Counted from the first letter of the stretch, positions 31,082 through 41,269 are shown. The stretch is DNA of 64,000 nucleotides from an uncultured Gemmatimonadales bacterium (GCA_963779755.1 CAVZZO010000001.1:2272001-2336000); one strand, 5' to 3'. Notes: generated by a model not told the origin, from the letters alone. Made by a program: numbers and translations.

Positions 31082-31956
31082 GCATCTTCATCGACGCGAA
31101 CACCCGGCTGGTGGTGCAGGGCATCACGGGGCGGGACGGTTCCTTCCACACCCGGCAGATGATCGACTACGGGACCAGGGTCGTCGCCGGCGTGACCCCC
31201 GGGAAGGGCGGCCAGAAGGTGCTGGACGGCGTGCCGGTCTTCGATACCGTGGCTCAGGCGGTGAAGGAAACCGGGGCGAACACTTCGGTCATCTACGTAC
31301 CCGCCGCCTTCGCCGCCGCGGCCATCTATGAGGCCGCCGACGCCGGGATCGGATTCATCGTCTGCATCACCGAGGGCGTGCCGGTCATGGACATGACCCG
31401 GGTGATGCCCTACCTGCGGGAGCGGAACGTCCGCCTGCTGGGGCCCAACTGCCCCGGACTCATCACGCCGGGCGTCTGCAAGGTCGGCATTATTCCCGGC
31501 AATATCTGCGCGCGGGGACGCGTGGGGCTGGTCTCGCGCAGCGGAACGTTGACCTACGAAGTCGTGAACCAGCTCACCCGGGCCGGCATCGGGCAGAGCA
31601 CCTGCGTCGGCATCGGCGGCGATCCCATCATCGGGACCAATTTCATCGATTGTCTGTCCGGCTTCGAAGGGGATCCCGGTACCGACGCCGTGGTCATGAT
31701 CGGGGAAATCGGCGGGACGGACGAGCAGAAGGCGGCGGAGTTCGTCAAGTCTTCAATGAAGAAGCCGGTGGTCGGCTTCATCGCCGGCCAGACCGCGCCC
31801 AAGGGGCGGCGAATGGGCCATGCCGGCGCCATCATCAGCGGATCGTCCGGCACCGCGGAAGAGAAGATCGCGGCCTTCGAAGCGGCCGGGATCGGGGTCA
31901 TGAAGCGGCCGGCGGATGTGGTGGAATTGATCAGGGCGGTGAGCGGTAAGCGGTAA
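31078..31956 (+). CDS. sucD: Succinyl-CoA synthetase alpha subunit
   Basis: [28 protein letters not shown]. Confidence 0.96.
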   Translation: MSIFIDANTRLVVQGITGRDGSFHTRQMIDYGTRVVAGVTPGKGGQKVLDGVPVFDTVAQAVKETGANTSVIYVPAAFAAAAIYEAADAGIGFIVCITEGVPVMDMTRVMPYLRERNVRLLGPNCPGLITPGVCKVGIIPGNICARGRVGLVSRSGTLTYEVVNQLTRAGIGQSTCVGIGGDPIIGTNFIDCLSGFEGDPGTDAVVMIGEIGGTDEQKAAEFVKSSMKKPVVGFIAGQTAPKGRRMGHAGAIISGSSGTAEEKIAAFEAAGIGVMKRPADVVELIRAVSGKR

Positions 31957-32023
31957 GCGGTGAGCGGGCGCGCACCTCCACCTTCGGTGCGTGCCCGCTC
32001 ACCGCTCACCGCTCACCGCTCAC
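31936..32023. repeat. Inverted GCGGT[A/G]A heptamer element; supplies the sucD C-terminus and stop
   Basis: gcggtgagcggtaagcggtaagcggtgagcggg ... cccgctcaccgctcaccgctcaccgctcac. Confidence 0.9.
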
Positions 32024-32048
32024 AGTCACCCAGCCAAAGGAGAGCGCC

Positions 32049-32471
32049 GTGCCCCTCACCCTTGCCATTATCAAACCCGACGCCGTCGGCTCGGGAAAAT
32101 CCGGACTCATTCTCGCCCACCTCCAGAAGGCGGGGTTCACCATGCGCGCCGCCCGGCTCACCCGGTTGACGCGCAGCCAGGCGGAGCGGTTCTACGAAGT
32201 GCACCGCGGCCGGCCCTTCTACGAGGAGCTGGTGACTTTCATGATGAGCGGCCCCTGCATGCCGCTGGCGCTGGAACGCGCGGATGCCGTGGCCGAACTG
32301 CGGCGGGTGATCGGCGCCACCGATCCGGCCGAAGCAGCGGAGGGCACGGTACGGAAGCTCTACGCCGAGTCCAAGGGCCGCAATGCCATTCATGCTTCCG
32401 ACAGCGACGAGAACGCCGCCCGGGAAGTGATGTTCTTCTTCAGCGAGGGGGAGCTGGCGGGACTCTGGTAG
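32049..32471 (+). CDS. ndk: Nucleoside diphosphate kinase
   Basis: TLAIIKPDAV, IGATDP, NAIHASDS. Confidence 0.95.
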   Translation: MPLTLAIIKPDAVGSGKSGLILAHLQKAGFTMRAARLTRLTRSQAERFYEVHRGRPFYEELVTFMMSGPCMPLALERADAVAELRRVIGATDPAEAAEGTVRKLYAESKGRNAIHASDSDENAAREVMFFFSEGELAGLW

Positions 32472-32484
32472 AGGCGAGGAAGCA

Positions 32485-32593
32485 GGGATCAGGAACCAGG
32501 AGTCAGGGATCAGGGAACCAGGAGATGGGTACGAAGGCAGCGCCTTCCGCCCGTCTCCTCATTGTCTTCCCCTGATTCCTGATTCCCGATCCC
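32485..32593. repeat. Inverted GGAATCA/GGGATCA heptamer array
   Basis: gggatcaggaaccaggagtcagggatcagggaaccagg ... cctgattcctgattcccgatccc. Confidence 0.8.
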
Positions 32594-32619
32594 GGGCCCG
32601 GGGCCGGGCCCCTCATACC

Positions 32620-32661
32620 TTGACATTCGACAACGCAACCTTTTTGTATTGTCGAACGTCA
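32620..32661. promoter_or_regulatory. Inverted repeat upstream of padR (probable autoregulatory operator) overlapping TTGACA
   Basis: tgacattcgacaa (32621-33), N15, ttgtcgaacgtca (32649-61); 12/13 match. Confidence 0.65.
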
Positions 32662-32689
32662 GAGTATTGAACCCGTTCCCGGGACCGCC

Positions 32690-33019
32690 ATGCCGCCGCG
32701 CGCCGAACTTCTGCAGGGCACCCTCGATCTGCTCATCCTCAAGGCCCTGATTCTGGGGCCGCTGCACGGCTGGGCCATCTCCAAACGCCTGGGCCAGCTC
32801 TCCGGCGACGTGTTGAGCGTGGGGCAGGGGAGCCTCTACCCCGCGCTCTACCGGCTGGAGGACCGCGGCTGGATCTCGGCCGCGTGGGGCACCAGCGCCG
32901 AAGGGCGGCGCGCCAAGATCTACACGCTGACCGCAGCGGGAAAGAGGCAGCTCGCCGCCGCCCGCTCCGAGTGGAAGCTCTTCGCCCGGGCGGTCGAGCA
33001 GGTCCTGGCCGCCACCTGA
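32690..33019 (+). CDS. PadR-family transcriptional regulator (acidobacterial type)
   Basis: LLQGTLDLLILKAL, HGWAI, QGSLYPALYRLE, RRAKIYTLT. Confidence 0.92.
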   Translation: MPPRAELLQGTLDLLILKALILGPLHGWAISKRLGQLSGDVLSVGQGSLYPALYRLEDRGWISAAWGTSAEGRRAKIYTLTAAGKRQLAAARSEWKLFARAVEQVLAAT

Positions 33020-33034
33020 ACCGGCGGAACGAAC

Positions 33035-35677
33035 GTGCCCTCCCTGCTTCGCCGCATCCATCGCCGCATCCGTGCGCTGGTTCATGCCGAATCGGTGGAC
33101 CGGGAGCTGTCGGAGGAAATCCGGCTGCATCTCGATCTGGAGACCGATGACCTGATCCGGACTCGGCAACTGGAGCCGGCGGAGGCGCGCCGCCGGGCAC
33201 TGGTCGCCTTCGGCGGGGTCGAGCGCTTTCGCGAAGCCCATCGGGACGCCCGCGGGGCGCGCTGGCTCCGGGAGCTGGCCCAGGACGCCCGCTTCGCAGC
33301 ACGGAGCCTGAGGCGCTCTCCGGGCTTCACGCTCGCCTCCGTTCTGGTCCTGGCGCTCGGAATCGGAGCGGGAACCGCCATGTTCAGCCTGGCGGACGCC
33401 GTACTGTTCCAGCCGCTGCCGTTCCCCCGGGTCGGCCGCCTGGTGCAGATCGTCGAGCAGAACTCCCCCGGCAACCGCTGGGGACCCTCGGTGGCCGATG
33501 TACGCGGCATCGAGCAGTGGCAGCGCTCGCTGTCGGCCGTCGGCGTGCTGCGCACCCGCGAGCTGCCGGTCGTGGCCGGCGGAACGGCCGAACAGGCGCC
33601 GATCGGGTATACGACGTCCGGGTTCTTTCGCGCGCTGGGGATCACGCCGCTGGCCGGCCGGCTCTTCACCTCCGCCGACGATGCGCCCGGCGCGCCGCCG
33701 GTTCTCCTGGTCAGCCATTCGTTCGCCGAGCGCGAACTGGGGGGCGACCGGGCAGCCCTCGGACGCGTGGTAACCATCGACGGCAACGCCCATGTCGTGG
33801 TGGGGATCGTCCCCGCCGGCCTGCCGCCCGGCACCGAACTGTGGCCCGTGCTGCAGCTGCGTGAGCCGGCCCGCCGCGGGCCGTTCGGTCTATTTGTCGT
33901 GGGGCGGCTGGCGGATGGCACGACACTGGATGGCGCGCGCCGCGACCTGGCGGCCGTCAGCACCCGGATCTTCCCGCAATGGGAAGCCTCGTTCCAGGAC
34001 CGCACCGCCCGGCTGACACCGGTGTCCTTGCGAGCCGTCCTGCTGGATGATGCCCCGCAGTCCGTAACACTGCTGGCTGGTGCGGTCCTGCTGGTGCTGC
34101 TGGTCGCGATCGCCAACGTGGCCAGTCTCATGCTGGTACGCGCCACCGGCCGCGGCCGGGAGATTTCGCTCCGCGCCGCCCTAGGCGCCACCCGCGGACG
34201 TCTCCTCCGGCTGCTGCTGACCGAGAGCCTGGTGCTCGCCGCGGCCGGCGCGCTGCTGGGCGTTGTCCTGGGAGCGCTGGGGTTGCGAGCCTATCTCGCG
34301 ATCGGCCCGGGCCTGCCGCGGATGACCGGCGCGCATCTCGACGGGAGAGCGGTCCTGGTGGCGGCCGGGCTCGCGGCCGTGGCGGCGGCAGTTGTCGGCG
34401 TGTATCCGGCGCTGGTGCTGGCCCGGCGCGAGGCCGGCCGGGATCTCCATACGGGCAATCGCGCCATGGCCGCCGGCCGCGGCCTGCGGGCGGTTCGGGG
34501 CGCCTTCGTGGTGGCGGAATTCGCGCTGGCGTTGCCGCTCCTTACCGCCGCCGGACTTCTCCTGAACAGCTTCCTGCGCCTGCAGCAGGCCGATCCCGGT
34601 TTCGACCCCGCGCGCGTGCTCTCCGTCCCGGTGTCCCTGCCGTCGGGGGGCTACGCTTCCGACCGCGCCGTGGGTGCCTTCTGGGATCGTGCCCTCTTCC
34701 GGGTCCGGGACACGCCCGGCGTGGCCGGCGCCGCATTTGCCGATGCGGTGCCTCCCGATTCGCGCCCCTTTCTGGATGAGAACAACTTCGACCTGGTGGA
34801 TCGCCCCGTGCCGCCGGGCACGGCCCAGCCGACGGCCCCCTGGGTGCTGTCCTCGCCCGGTTTCCTGTCCGTGCTGGGGGTCCCGCTGCTGGAAGGGCGC
34901 GAGTTCGTGCCGGGCGATACGGTGGACGATGGGACAACCCAAACGCCGCTGCTGGTGAGCCGGGCCTGGGCCTCCCATTACTTCCCGGCCGGCGATGCCA
35001 TCGGTCGCCGCCTCATCAGCGGCGGCTGCACCTCCTGCCCGCCCGGAGTGGTGATCGGGATCGTGGGGAACGTGAAGTACAAGGGCCTGGAGGGGACCGG
35101 CGAGGCGGTGTATCAGGCGGTCGCGCTCGGGACGGCCCGCCGCGCCGTGCTGTTCGTCCGCACGAGCGGGCCGGCGGCAGGGATGCTTCCCCGGATCGTC
35201 GAAGCCCTGCGGGCCCTGGATCCCGCCATTCCCTTCCGCGAGGCCGCGACCCTGGAGGCCAGGGTGGAGGCGGCCACCATCCAGCCCCGGCATTTCACCT
35301 CGCTGCTCGGCACCTTTGCCCTGGCCGCCGTGGTGCTGGCCTCGGTCGGTGTGTTCGGCCTGCTCGCCTATACGGTGAATGCGAGCCGGCGGGAAATCGG
35401 CGTCCGCCTCGCGCTGGGAGCGCGGCCCGGGGCCGAGGTGATCCGGATCCTGCGGCACGGCATGGGCCATGCGCTCGCCGGCGCCGCGATCGGCCTGGCG
35501 ATCGCCCTCGCGGCCACCCGGGGTCTCTCCGACCATCTGTACACCGTCGGCACGACCGATCCGGCGACGCTGGTGGAATCGACCGTGCTCCTCCTTGCGG
35601 TAGCTTGTCTCGCGTGCTGGCTTCCCGCCCGCCGCGCAGCGTCGGTCGATCCAGCCCGCGCGCTGCGGGACGAGTAG
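33035..35677 (+). CDS. Duplicated MacB/FtsX-type orphan ABC permease (ADOP) 1
   Basis: N-terminal DRELSEEIRLHL...ARRRALVAFGG prefix; two FtsX units (REISLRAALGA, REIGVRLALGA); PARRAASVDP. Confidence 0.9.
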   Translation: MPSLLRRIHRRIRALVHAESVDRELSEEIRLHLDLETDDLIRTRQLEPAEARRRALVAFGGVERFREAHRDARGARWLRELAQDARFAARSLRRSPGFTLASVLVLALGIGAGTAMFSLADAVLFQPLPFPRVGRLVQIVEQNSPGNRWGPSVADVRGIEQWQRSLSAVGVLRTRELPVVAGGTAEQAPIGYTTSGFFRALGITPLAGRLFTSADDAPGAPPVLLVSHSFAERELGGDRAALGRVVTIDGNAHVVVGIVPAGLPPGTELWPVLQLREPARRGPFGLFVVGRLADGTTLDGARRDLAAVSTRIFPQWEASFQDRTARLTPVSLRAVLLDDAPQSVTLLAGAVLLVLLVAIANVASLMLVRATGRGREISLRAALGATRGRLLRLLLTESLVLAAAGALLGVVLGALGLRAYLAIGPGLPRMTGAHLDGRAVLVAAGLAAVAAAVVGVYPALVLARREAGRDLHTGNRAMAAGRGLRAVRGAFVVAEFALALPLLTAAGLLLNSFLRLQQADPGFDPARVLSVPVSLPSGGYASDRAVGAFWDRALFRVRDTPGVAGAAFADAVPPDSRPFLDENNFDLVDRPVPPGTAQPTAPWVLSSPGFLSVLGVPLLEGREFVPGDTVDDGTTQTPLLVSRAWASHYFPAGDAIGRRLISGGCTSCPPGVVIGIVGNVKYKGLEGTGEAVYQAVALGTARRAVLFVRTSGPAAGMLPRIVEALRALDPAIPFREAATLEARVEAATIQPRHFTSLLGTFALAAVVLASVGVFGLLAYTVNASRREIGVRLALGARPGAEVIRILRHGMGHALAGAAIGLAIALAATRGLSDHLYTVGTTDPATLVESTVLLLAVACLACWLPARRAASVDPARALRDE

Positions 35678-35685
35678 GAGTGCCG

Positions 35686-38328
35686 ATGAGATCCTTCGCC
35701 GCCCGACTCCACCGACGCCTGCGGGCGCTTTTTCGGGGTGCGGCCGTGGACCGGGAGCTGACTGATGAAATCCGGCTCCACATCGAGTACGAGACCGAAG
35801 AGCTGATGCGAACCGAGGGACTGGATGACGCCGAGGCACGCCGCCGTGCGCTGGTGGCCTTCGGCGGTGTGGAGCGCTGTCGCGAGGAGCATCGCGATGC
35901 CCGTGGGCTGGGGGGGCTGGCCGTGACTTTGCGGGACCTCCGCCAGGCGCTGCGTTCGCTCATCCGCGCGCCGGCCTTTTCCCTCTCATCCATGCTCGTG
36001 CTCGGCCTCGGCATCGGGATGGCCACGGCCATCTTCACGATCTGCAATGCCGTCCTGCTGCGGCCGCTGCCGGTGTCCCAACCCGACCGTCTGGTGCTGC
36101 CTCGCACCCTCGACCCGGGCGGGGTCGACGTCGGGATGACGCAGTCCGAGCTGAAGGAACTCGTCGCCGCTAGCCGCACGCTCACTGCAGCCGCCGGGGT
36201 CGCCCACCAGGGGGCGTTCACCAATTCGCTGCTCGACGGCGATCGGGTGCTGTCGCTTCGCGGCGCCTGGGTCACGGGGAACTTCTTCCAGGTGCTCGGG
36301 GCCCGCCCGGCGCTCGGCCGATTCTTCACGGCGGCGGAGGAGGCTCAGGGTTTTGCCACCGCGCAGGCGCTGGTACTGAGCTACGACACCTGGCGCCGGG
36401 ATTTTCACGGCGATTCCGGAGTGATCGGCCGCAGGGTCAGCAATCCGTACACCCGCGCAGCGGTAACGATCGTCGGCGTGGCGCCGCCCGGCCTGGCTTA
36501 CCCTGCCGGCGTGGAGTACTGGACTCCGCAGGTCTATCCGATTCTCGACGCCGTCGCACGGCTCGCACCCGGTGTGACCCCGGCTGCGGCCCAGTCCGAG
36601 TTCTTCGACGTCATGCGCCGGATCGACGCCCGCCGCGTAGTCGCTATGACTCAGGGTGCCGCCATCCAGCGCGCCGACATCGAGAGCTTCTCGCGCGCGG
36701 TTCTGGGGGACATTCGCCCGGAGCTGCTCGTGCTGGGCGTGGCGGCCGCGCTGCTGCTGCTCATGGCCTGCCTCGACGCGGCCAATCTCGGCCTGCTCCG
36801 TGCCACCGCGCGCTCCGGTGAGCTGTCACTGCGCCGTTCGCTCGGCGCCGGCACCGGCGACATCGTGCGGCCGCTCGTCTGGGAATCGACGGTGATCGCG
36901 CTTGGCGGTGGAGCGGTGGGCTTCATCGCGGCGGAGGGATTCATCGGCGCATTCCGCCGGCTGGCGCCCCCGGAGCTGCCCCGGCTCGATCTCGTGGGGC
37001 TGGCCGGACCACCGGTGGGTCTTGCCGCAGCGCTCGCCGCCGTCGCGCTGCTGCTCATCGCCGTACTGCCGATAGTAGTAGCGGCCCGGGGCGGCGGCCG
37101 CGTCGGGCTCCACCTGGAAACCCGAGGCGGCAGGAGTACTCGGAGCCGGCGGCGGCTTCGGCAGACGCTCGTAGGCGCGCAGGTGGCGCTCGCGCTCGTG
37201 CTCCTGAGTGCCGCCGGACTGCTGGTGAAGAGCCTCGACCACCTGCTCCGGATCGACCTTGGGTATCGGGCGACCCATCTCGCCATCGTCACCATCACAC
37301 GGCCCATCGTCCGCGACAGCGCTCAGGAGCAGATGACTGCGCTCTACGATGCTGCGGCTCCGCGGATTCGCGCGGTTCCCGGTGTCACCGCTCTCACGCC
37401 GATCGCGGCGGACCCGTTCTACGGACCTCAGGTGTTCACCGGCCGCTGGGCCGCCGCCGAACAGAGCGACCAGTCGGCGCAAGCCAATCCGCTGATTCCG
37501 TGGGAGGTCGGCGGGGCCGACTACTTCCGCACCTTCGGGATTCGGCTGCGCCGCGGTCGGGGGTTCGACGGCAGCGAGCGGGCGGACGGGCCTCGGACAG
37601 CGGTGGTGGCACACTCCGTGGCCGAGCGATTCTGGCCGGGGGAGACTCCGGTCGGCAAGCATCTGCACCTGGTGGGCGACACCAGCGCGACCCGTTCCAT
37701 CACCATAGTCGGCGAGGCCGATGATATCCGGTATCGCAGCCTCCGCGAGGCGACGCCCACGATCTATCTCCCCTGGCGCCAGTGGTTCTTCCAGGGCGTC
37801 GTTGCCATCCGCACCCGCGGTCCGCTCACCGCCGTGCTGCCGGCGCTCCGCCAGGCGGTCCAGGCAGCCCACCCCGAGGCGAGGATCGCGAGGGCAGAAA
37901 GCATGGACCAGCTGCTGGGACGGCAGCTGGCGGTGTCCCGGCTGTCGACGGTGCTCGTCGCTGCGTTCGGACTGGGTGCACTGCTCCTCAGCGCGGTCGG
38001 TCTCTACGGCGTGATGGCAGCCGCGGTGCGCGAGGAAACCCGAGAGCTCGGGATCCGTTCGGCGCTGGGTGCCAAACCGGCGCAGCTCCGCGCATCGGTC
38101 CTGCGGCGGGCCGCGGCCATCGGGCTCGCCGGGGGCGCCGTCGGCGTGACCGCCGCACTCGCCGCTGCCCGGTTCCTCCAATCGCTTCTGTACGAAGTCG
38201 CTCCTGCGGACCCGGCCACACTGGCCGCGGTCTGCGGAGTGCTGTTCGCAGTTCTCCTGGCGGCGGCATTTCTGCCGGCGCGTCGGGCCACCCGGGCCGA
38301 TCCGATGCAGGCGCTCAGAGTCGAATAA
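35686..38328 (+). CDS. Duplicated MacB/FtsX-type orphan ABC permease (ADOP) 2
   Basis: Same prefix; ELSLRRSLGA, RELGIRSALGA; PARRATRADP. Confidence 0.9.
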   Translation: MRSFAARLHRRLRALFRGAAVDRELTDEIRLHIEYETEELMRTEGLDDAEARRRALVAFGGVERCREEHRDARGLGGLAVTLRDLRQALRSLIRAPAFSLSSMLVLGLGIGMATAIFTICNAVLLRPLPVSQPDRLVLPRTLDPGGVDVGMTQSELKELVAASRTLTAAAGVAHQGAFTNSLLDGDRVLSLRGAWVTGNFFQVLGARPALGRFFTAAEEAQGFATAQALVLSYDTWRRDFHGDSGVIGRRVSNPYTRAAVTIVGVAPPGLAYPAGVEYWTPQVYPILDAVARLAPGVTPAAAQSEFFDVMRRIDARRVVAMTQGAAIQRADIESFSRAVLGDIRPELLVLGVAAALLLLMACLDAANLGLLRATARSGELSLRRSLGAGTGDIVRPLVWESTVIALGGGAVGFIAAEGFIGAFRRLAPPELPRLDLVGLAGPPVGLAAALAAVALLLIAVLPIVVAARGGGRVGLHLETRGGRSTRSRRRLRQTLVGAQVALALVLLSAAGLLVKSLDHLLRIDLGYRATHLAIVTITRPIVRDSAQEQMTALYDAAAPRIRAVPGVTALTPIAADPFYGPQVFTGRWAAAEQSDQSAQANPLIPWEVGGADYFRTFGIRLRRGRGFDGSERADGPRTAVVAHSVAERFWPGETPVGKHLHLVGDTSATRSITIVGEADDIRYRSLREATPTIYLPWRQWFFQGVVAIRTRGPLTAVLPALRQAVQAAHPEARIARAESMDQLLGRQLAVSRLSTVLVAAFGLGALLLSAVGLYGVMAAAVREETRELGIRSALGAKPAQLRASVLRRAAAIGLAGGAVGVTAALAAARFLQSLLYEVAPADPATLAAVCGVLFAVLLAAAFLPARRATRADPMQALRVE

Positions 38329-38340
38329 GGGGCCATTCCC

Positions 38341-41061
38341 ATGCTTCACTGGATTCAGCGGTTGGTTCGGCGGATTCGTGCGCTCACCCAGCCGGCGTCG
38401 GTGGACCGCGAGTTGAGCGACGAGATCCGGCTGCACATCGAGATGGAAGCCGAGGAGCTGATGCGAACCGAGGGTCTCTCCGCCGAGGAGGCGCGCCGCC
38501 GCGCCCTGGTCGCGTTTGGTGGGGTAGAGCGCTACCGCGAGGAGCACCGCGACGCGCGGGGCGTCACCTGGATCGAGAACCGGCTGCAGGATCTGCGCTA
38601 CGCCTGGCGCGGGTTGCGGAACCGGCCGGGATTTACCGCTGCCGTAGTCATCACGCTGGCGCTCGGCATCGGCGCCAACTCGGCCATGTTCTCCATCGTG
38701 GACCGGCTGCTTTTCCGGCCGCCGCCCATGCTGCGCGACCCGGCGCGGGTGCACCGGGTCTATCTCGAGTCCACCTGGCGCGGGGAAGAGCACGCCAACA
38801 GCCATATCCAGTTTGCCCGCTTCACCGATCTGACGCGGGACACCCGCTCGTTCGCGCGCACCGCGGAGTTCACGGAAAACGATATGGCGGTGGGCACGGG
38901 CACCGAAGGCCGGGAAATGCCAATCGGTATCATCAGCGCGACGTTGTTCGGCTTCTTCGATGCTCCGCCGGCGCTGGGCCGCTATTTCACCCCCGCCGAG
39001 GACCGGCCTCCTTCGGGCACTCCCGTAGCGGTGCTGAGCTATGGCTTCTGGGAATCGCGCTACGGCGCCCGGCCGGATGCGCTGGGCCAGGCCCTCATGA
39101 TCGGAGCGACACGGTACACCATCATCGGGGTCGCGCCCAGGGGATTCGCCGCCGTCTGGCCGGAACGACCGCCCGCGATCTATATCCCGCTCGCCGCCCG
39201 TGGAGGCGAGACGGGGGCGAGGCTGGGGCTCTCCGGCGAGCAGTGGTGGACCACATACCACTGGACCTGGGCGCAGATGCTGGTCGAGCGCAAGCCCGGC
39301 GTCAGCATCCAGGCGGCCAATGCCGATCTCTCGCAGGCCTACGTCCGGAGCTATCAGACCGAACTCGCGAGCAGCAAGGGGCAGGAGCCTCTCGCGCTGG
39401 CCAAACCGCACGCGATGGTCGCGTCGGTGCTGGCCGACCGCGGACCCAATACCTCGGGTTTGGCGAAGGTGGCGGCCTGGATCAGCGGCGTCGCGCTCGT
39501 CGTGTGGCTCATCGCCTGCGCCAACGTGGCCAATCTCCTGCTGGCCCGCGCGCTCCAGCGCCGCCGCGAAATCGCGGTCCGGCTGGCGCTGGGTGTCACC
39601 CGGTCCCGCCTGGCGGCGCAGCTGCTGACCGAAAGCGTCCTGCTGGCCGTTCTTGGCGGGCTCGCCGGCCTGGCCGTGGCGCAGTGGGGCGGTACCGTCC
39701 TGCGCTCCGCGTTCCTGTCGGAGACCACCAGCGCCACGGTCTTCACCGACACCCGCACGCTGGTCTACGCCGGCGCTGCGGCGCTGGTGGCGGGGTTGCT
39801 CACCGGCCTCGCGCCGCTGGTCCAAACCCGCCACACCGACCTCAACCGTGATCTGCGGGAAGGAGTCCGGGAGGGCACCTACCACCGCTCGACCCTTCGC
39901 GCCGGACTGCTGGTGCTGCAGGGGACACTTTGTGTCGTTCTGCTGGTCGGCGCCGGCCTGTTCGTACGCAGTCTGCGACACGTGAAGGCGGTGCCGCTGG
40001 GCTACGAACCCGAGCATGTGGTCCTGGTGGACCTGCACATGCGCGGGGAGAAACTGGACAGTACGCAGAACCTCAGCCTCCTCCGCCAGCTGCACACGGC
40101 CGCCGCGGCCATCCCCGGTGTGGTCTCGGCGGCCCGGCAACTTACGGTCCCGTTCTGGAACAGCTGGAGCATGGGACTGCAGGTGGCGGGGATCGATTCG
40201 GTCGATCGCCTGGGCCAGTTCGAGCTGAATGCCGTTTCGCCGGAATATTTCACCACGGTGGGAACCAGGATCCTCAAGGGCAGGGGCATCACCAGCGCGG
40301 ACGTTGCCGGCGCACAGGGGGCAATGGTCGTGAGCCAGGCGATGGCGCATGTGCTCTGGCCCGGCGAGGACCCGCTGGGAGAGTGCGTCCGCGTCCTGAA
40401 GGGCCGCGATGAAACCGCGCCATGCAGCTATGTCGTGGGCGTGGCGGAGAACATCAAGGCGGATAAGCTGGGCGAGGACGCGGGCCTGTTCTACTACCTG
40501 TCCGCCGCACAGTTCCACCCGGACGAAGGCGGGCTGTACCTGCGGGTGCGCGGGCCCGCCGAGGCCTCGAAGGAAGCCATCCGGAAGGCGCTCCAGGCGG
40601 TGATGCCGGGCGACTCGTACGTGACCACCACCCCGCTCGCCGATATCGTCGGCATCCAGACCCAATCCTGGCGGCTGGGCGCCACCATGTTCGTCATCTT
40701 CGGCCTGCTGGCGCTGGCGTTGGCCGCGATCGGGCTTTACAGCGTCATCGCATTCAATGTGGGCCAGCGGGTGCACGAGCTGGGTGTGCGGATAGCGCTG
40801 GGCGCCAGCATGCGCGACGTCATCGGGCTGGTCATGACCGGCGGAATGAAACTGGCCATCGCCGGCCTGGCGCTGGGCGGTCTGGCCGCGCTCATCGTGA
40901 GCCGCTGGGTGGAGCCGCTTCTCTTCGAGGAGAGCCCGCGGGACCCGGTGGTCTTCGGCCTGGTGGCGCTGGTGCTGCTCATCGTCGCGGCGCTGGCCAG
41001 CTTCATTCCCGCACGCCGGGCCGCCCGGGTGGATCCCATGCGGGCGTTGCGCACGGAATAG
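38341..41061 (+). CDS. Duplicated MacB/FtsX-type orphan ABC permease (ADOP) 3
   Basis: Same prefix; LIACANVANLLLAR, REIAVRLALG; PARRAARVDP. Confidence 0.92.
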   Translation: MLHWIQRLVRRIRALTQPASVDRELSDEIRLHIEMEAEELMRTEGLSAEEARRRALVAFGGVERYREEHRDARGVTWIENRLQDLRYAWRGLRNRPGFTAAVVITLALGIGANSAMFSIVDRLLFRPPPMLRDPARVHRVYLESTWRGEEHANSHIQFARFTDLTRDTRSFARTAEFTENDMAVGTGTEGREMPIGIISATLFGFFDAPPALGRYFTPAEDRPPSGTPVAVLSYGFWESRYGARPDALGQALMIGATRYTIIGVAPRGFAAVWPERPPAIYIPLAARGGETGARLGLSGEQWWTTYHWTWAQMLVERKPGVSIQAANADLSQAYVRSYQTELASSKGQEPLALAKPHAMVASVLADRGPNTSGLAKVAAWISGVALVVWLIACANVANLLLARALQRRREIAVRLALGVTRSRLAAQLLTESVLLAVLGGLAGLAVAQWGGTVLRSAFLSETTSATVFTDTRTLVYAGAAALVAGLLTGLAPLVQTRHTDLNRDLREGVREGTYHRSTLRAGLLVLQGTLCVVLLVGAGLFVRSLRHVKAVPLGYEPEHVVLVDLHMRGEKLDSTQNLSLLRQLHTAAAAIPGVVSAARQLTVPFWNSWSMGLQVAGIDSVDRLGQFELNAVSPEYFTTVGTRILKGRGITSADVAGAQGAMVVSQAMAHVLWPGEDPLGECVRVLKGRDETAPCSYVVGVAENIKADKLGEDAGLFYYLSAAQFHPDEGGLYLRVRGPAEASKEAIRKALQAVMPGDSYVTTTPLADIVGIQTQSWRLGATMFVIFGLLALALAAIGLYSVIAFNVGQRVHELGVRIALGASMRDVIGLVMTGGMKLAIAGLALGGLAALIVSRWVEPLLFEESPRDPVVFGLVALVLLIVAALASFIPARRAARVDPMRALRTE

Positions 41062-41097
41062 GCGGGAAGCGCTGCGGCGTCGGTCAGCAGAAATCAC

Positions 41098-41182
41098 CTA
41101 TCGGCTACCAGCAAAGGGTCTCCCGTCTCCGGTCTCCCGGCGAGAAGTACTGCCCGGCGACTGGCGACTGATAGCTGATAGC
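41098..41182. repeat. Nested degenerate inverted heptamers (CTATCAG and GTCGCCA types)
   Basis: ctatcggctaccag ... ctgatagctgatag; gtctcccgtctccggtctccc ... ggcgactggcgac. Confidence 0.6.
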
Positions 41183-41232
41183 TTCTCGCCCGTCCCTCCT
41201 CCCTGTCCCCCATCGATCCTCCCCACTTCTCC

Positions 41233-41261
41233 TTGCCTTAACTCCTTGTCCCGGCTAGGTT
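41233..41261 (+). promoter_or_regulatory. Putative sigma70 promoter of the yceD-rpmF-plsX-fab cluster
   Basis: TTGCCT, 17 nt, TAGGTT; ends 8 nt before the ATG. Confidence 0.55.
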
Positions 41262-41269
41262 AAGCGGCT

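Noticed and set aside
36826..41097. Long alternative-frame ORFs (1423 aa here; also 25948-28929, 56718-59126, 5043-7079 and others)
   Set aside because: Shadow ORFs opposite or overlapping well-supported genes; expected in high-GC DNA and lacking recognisable motifs
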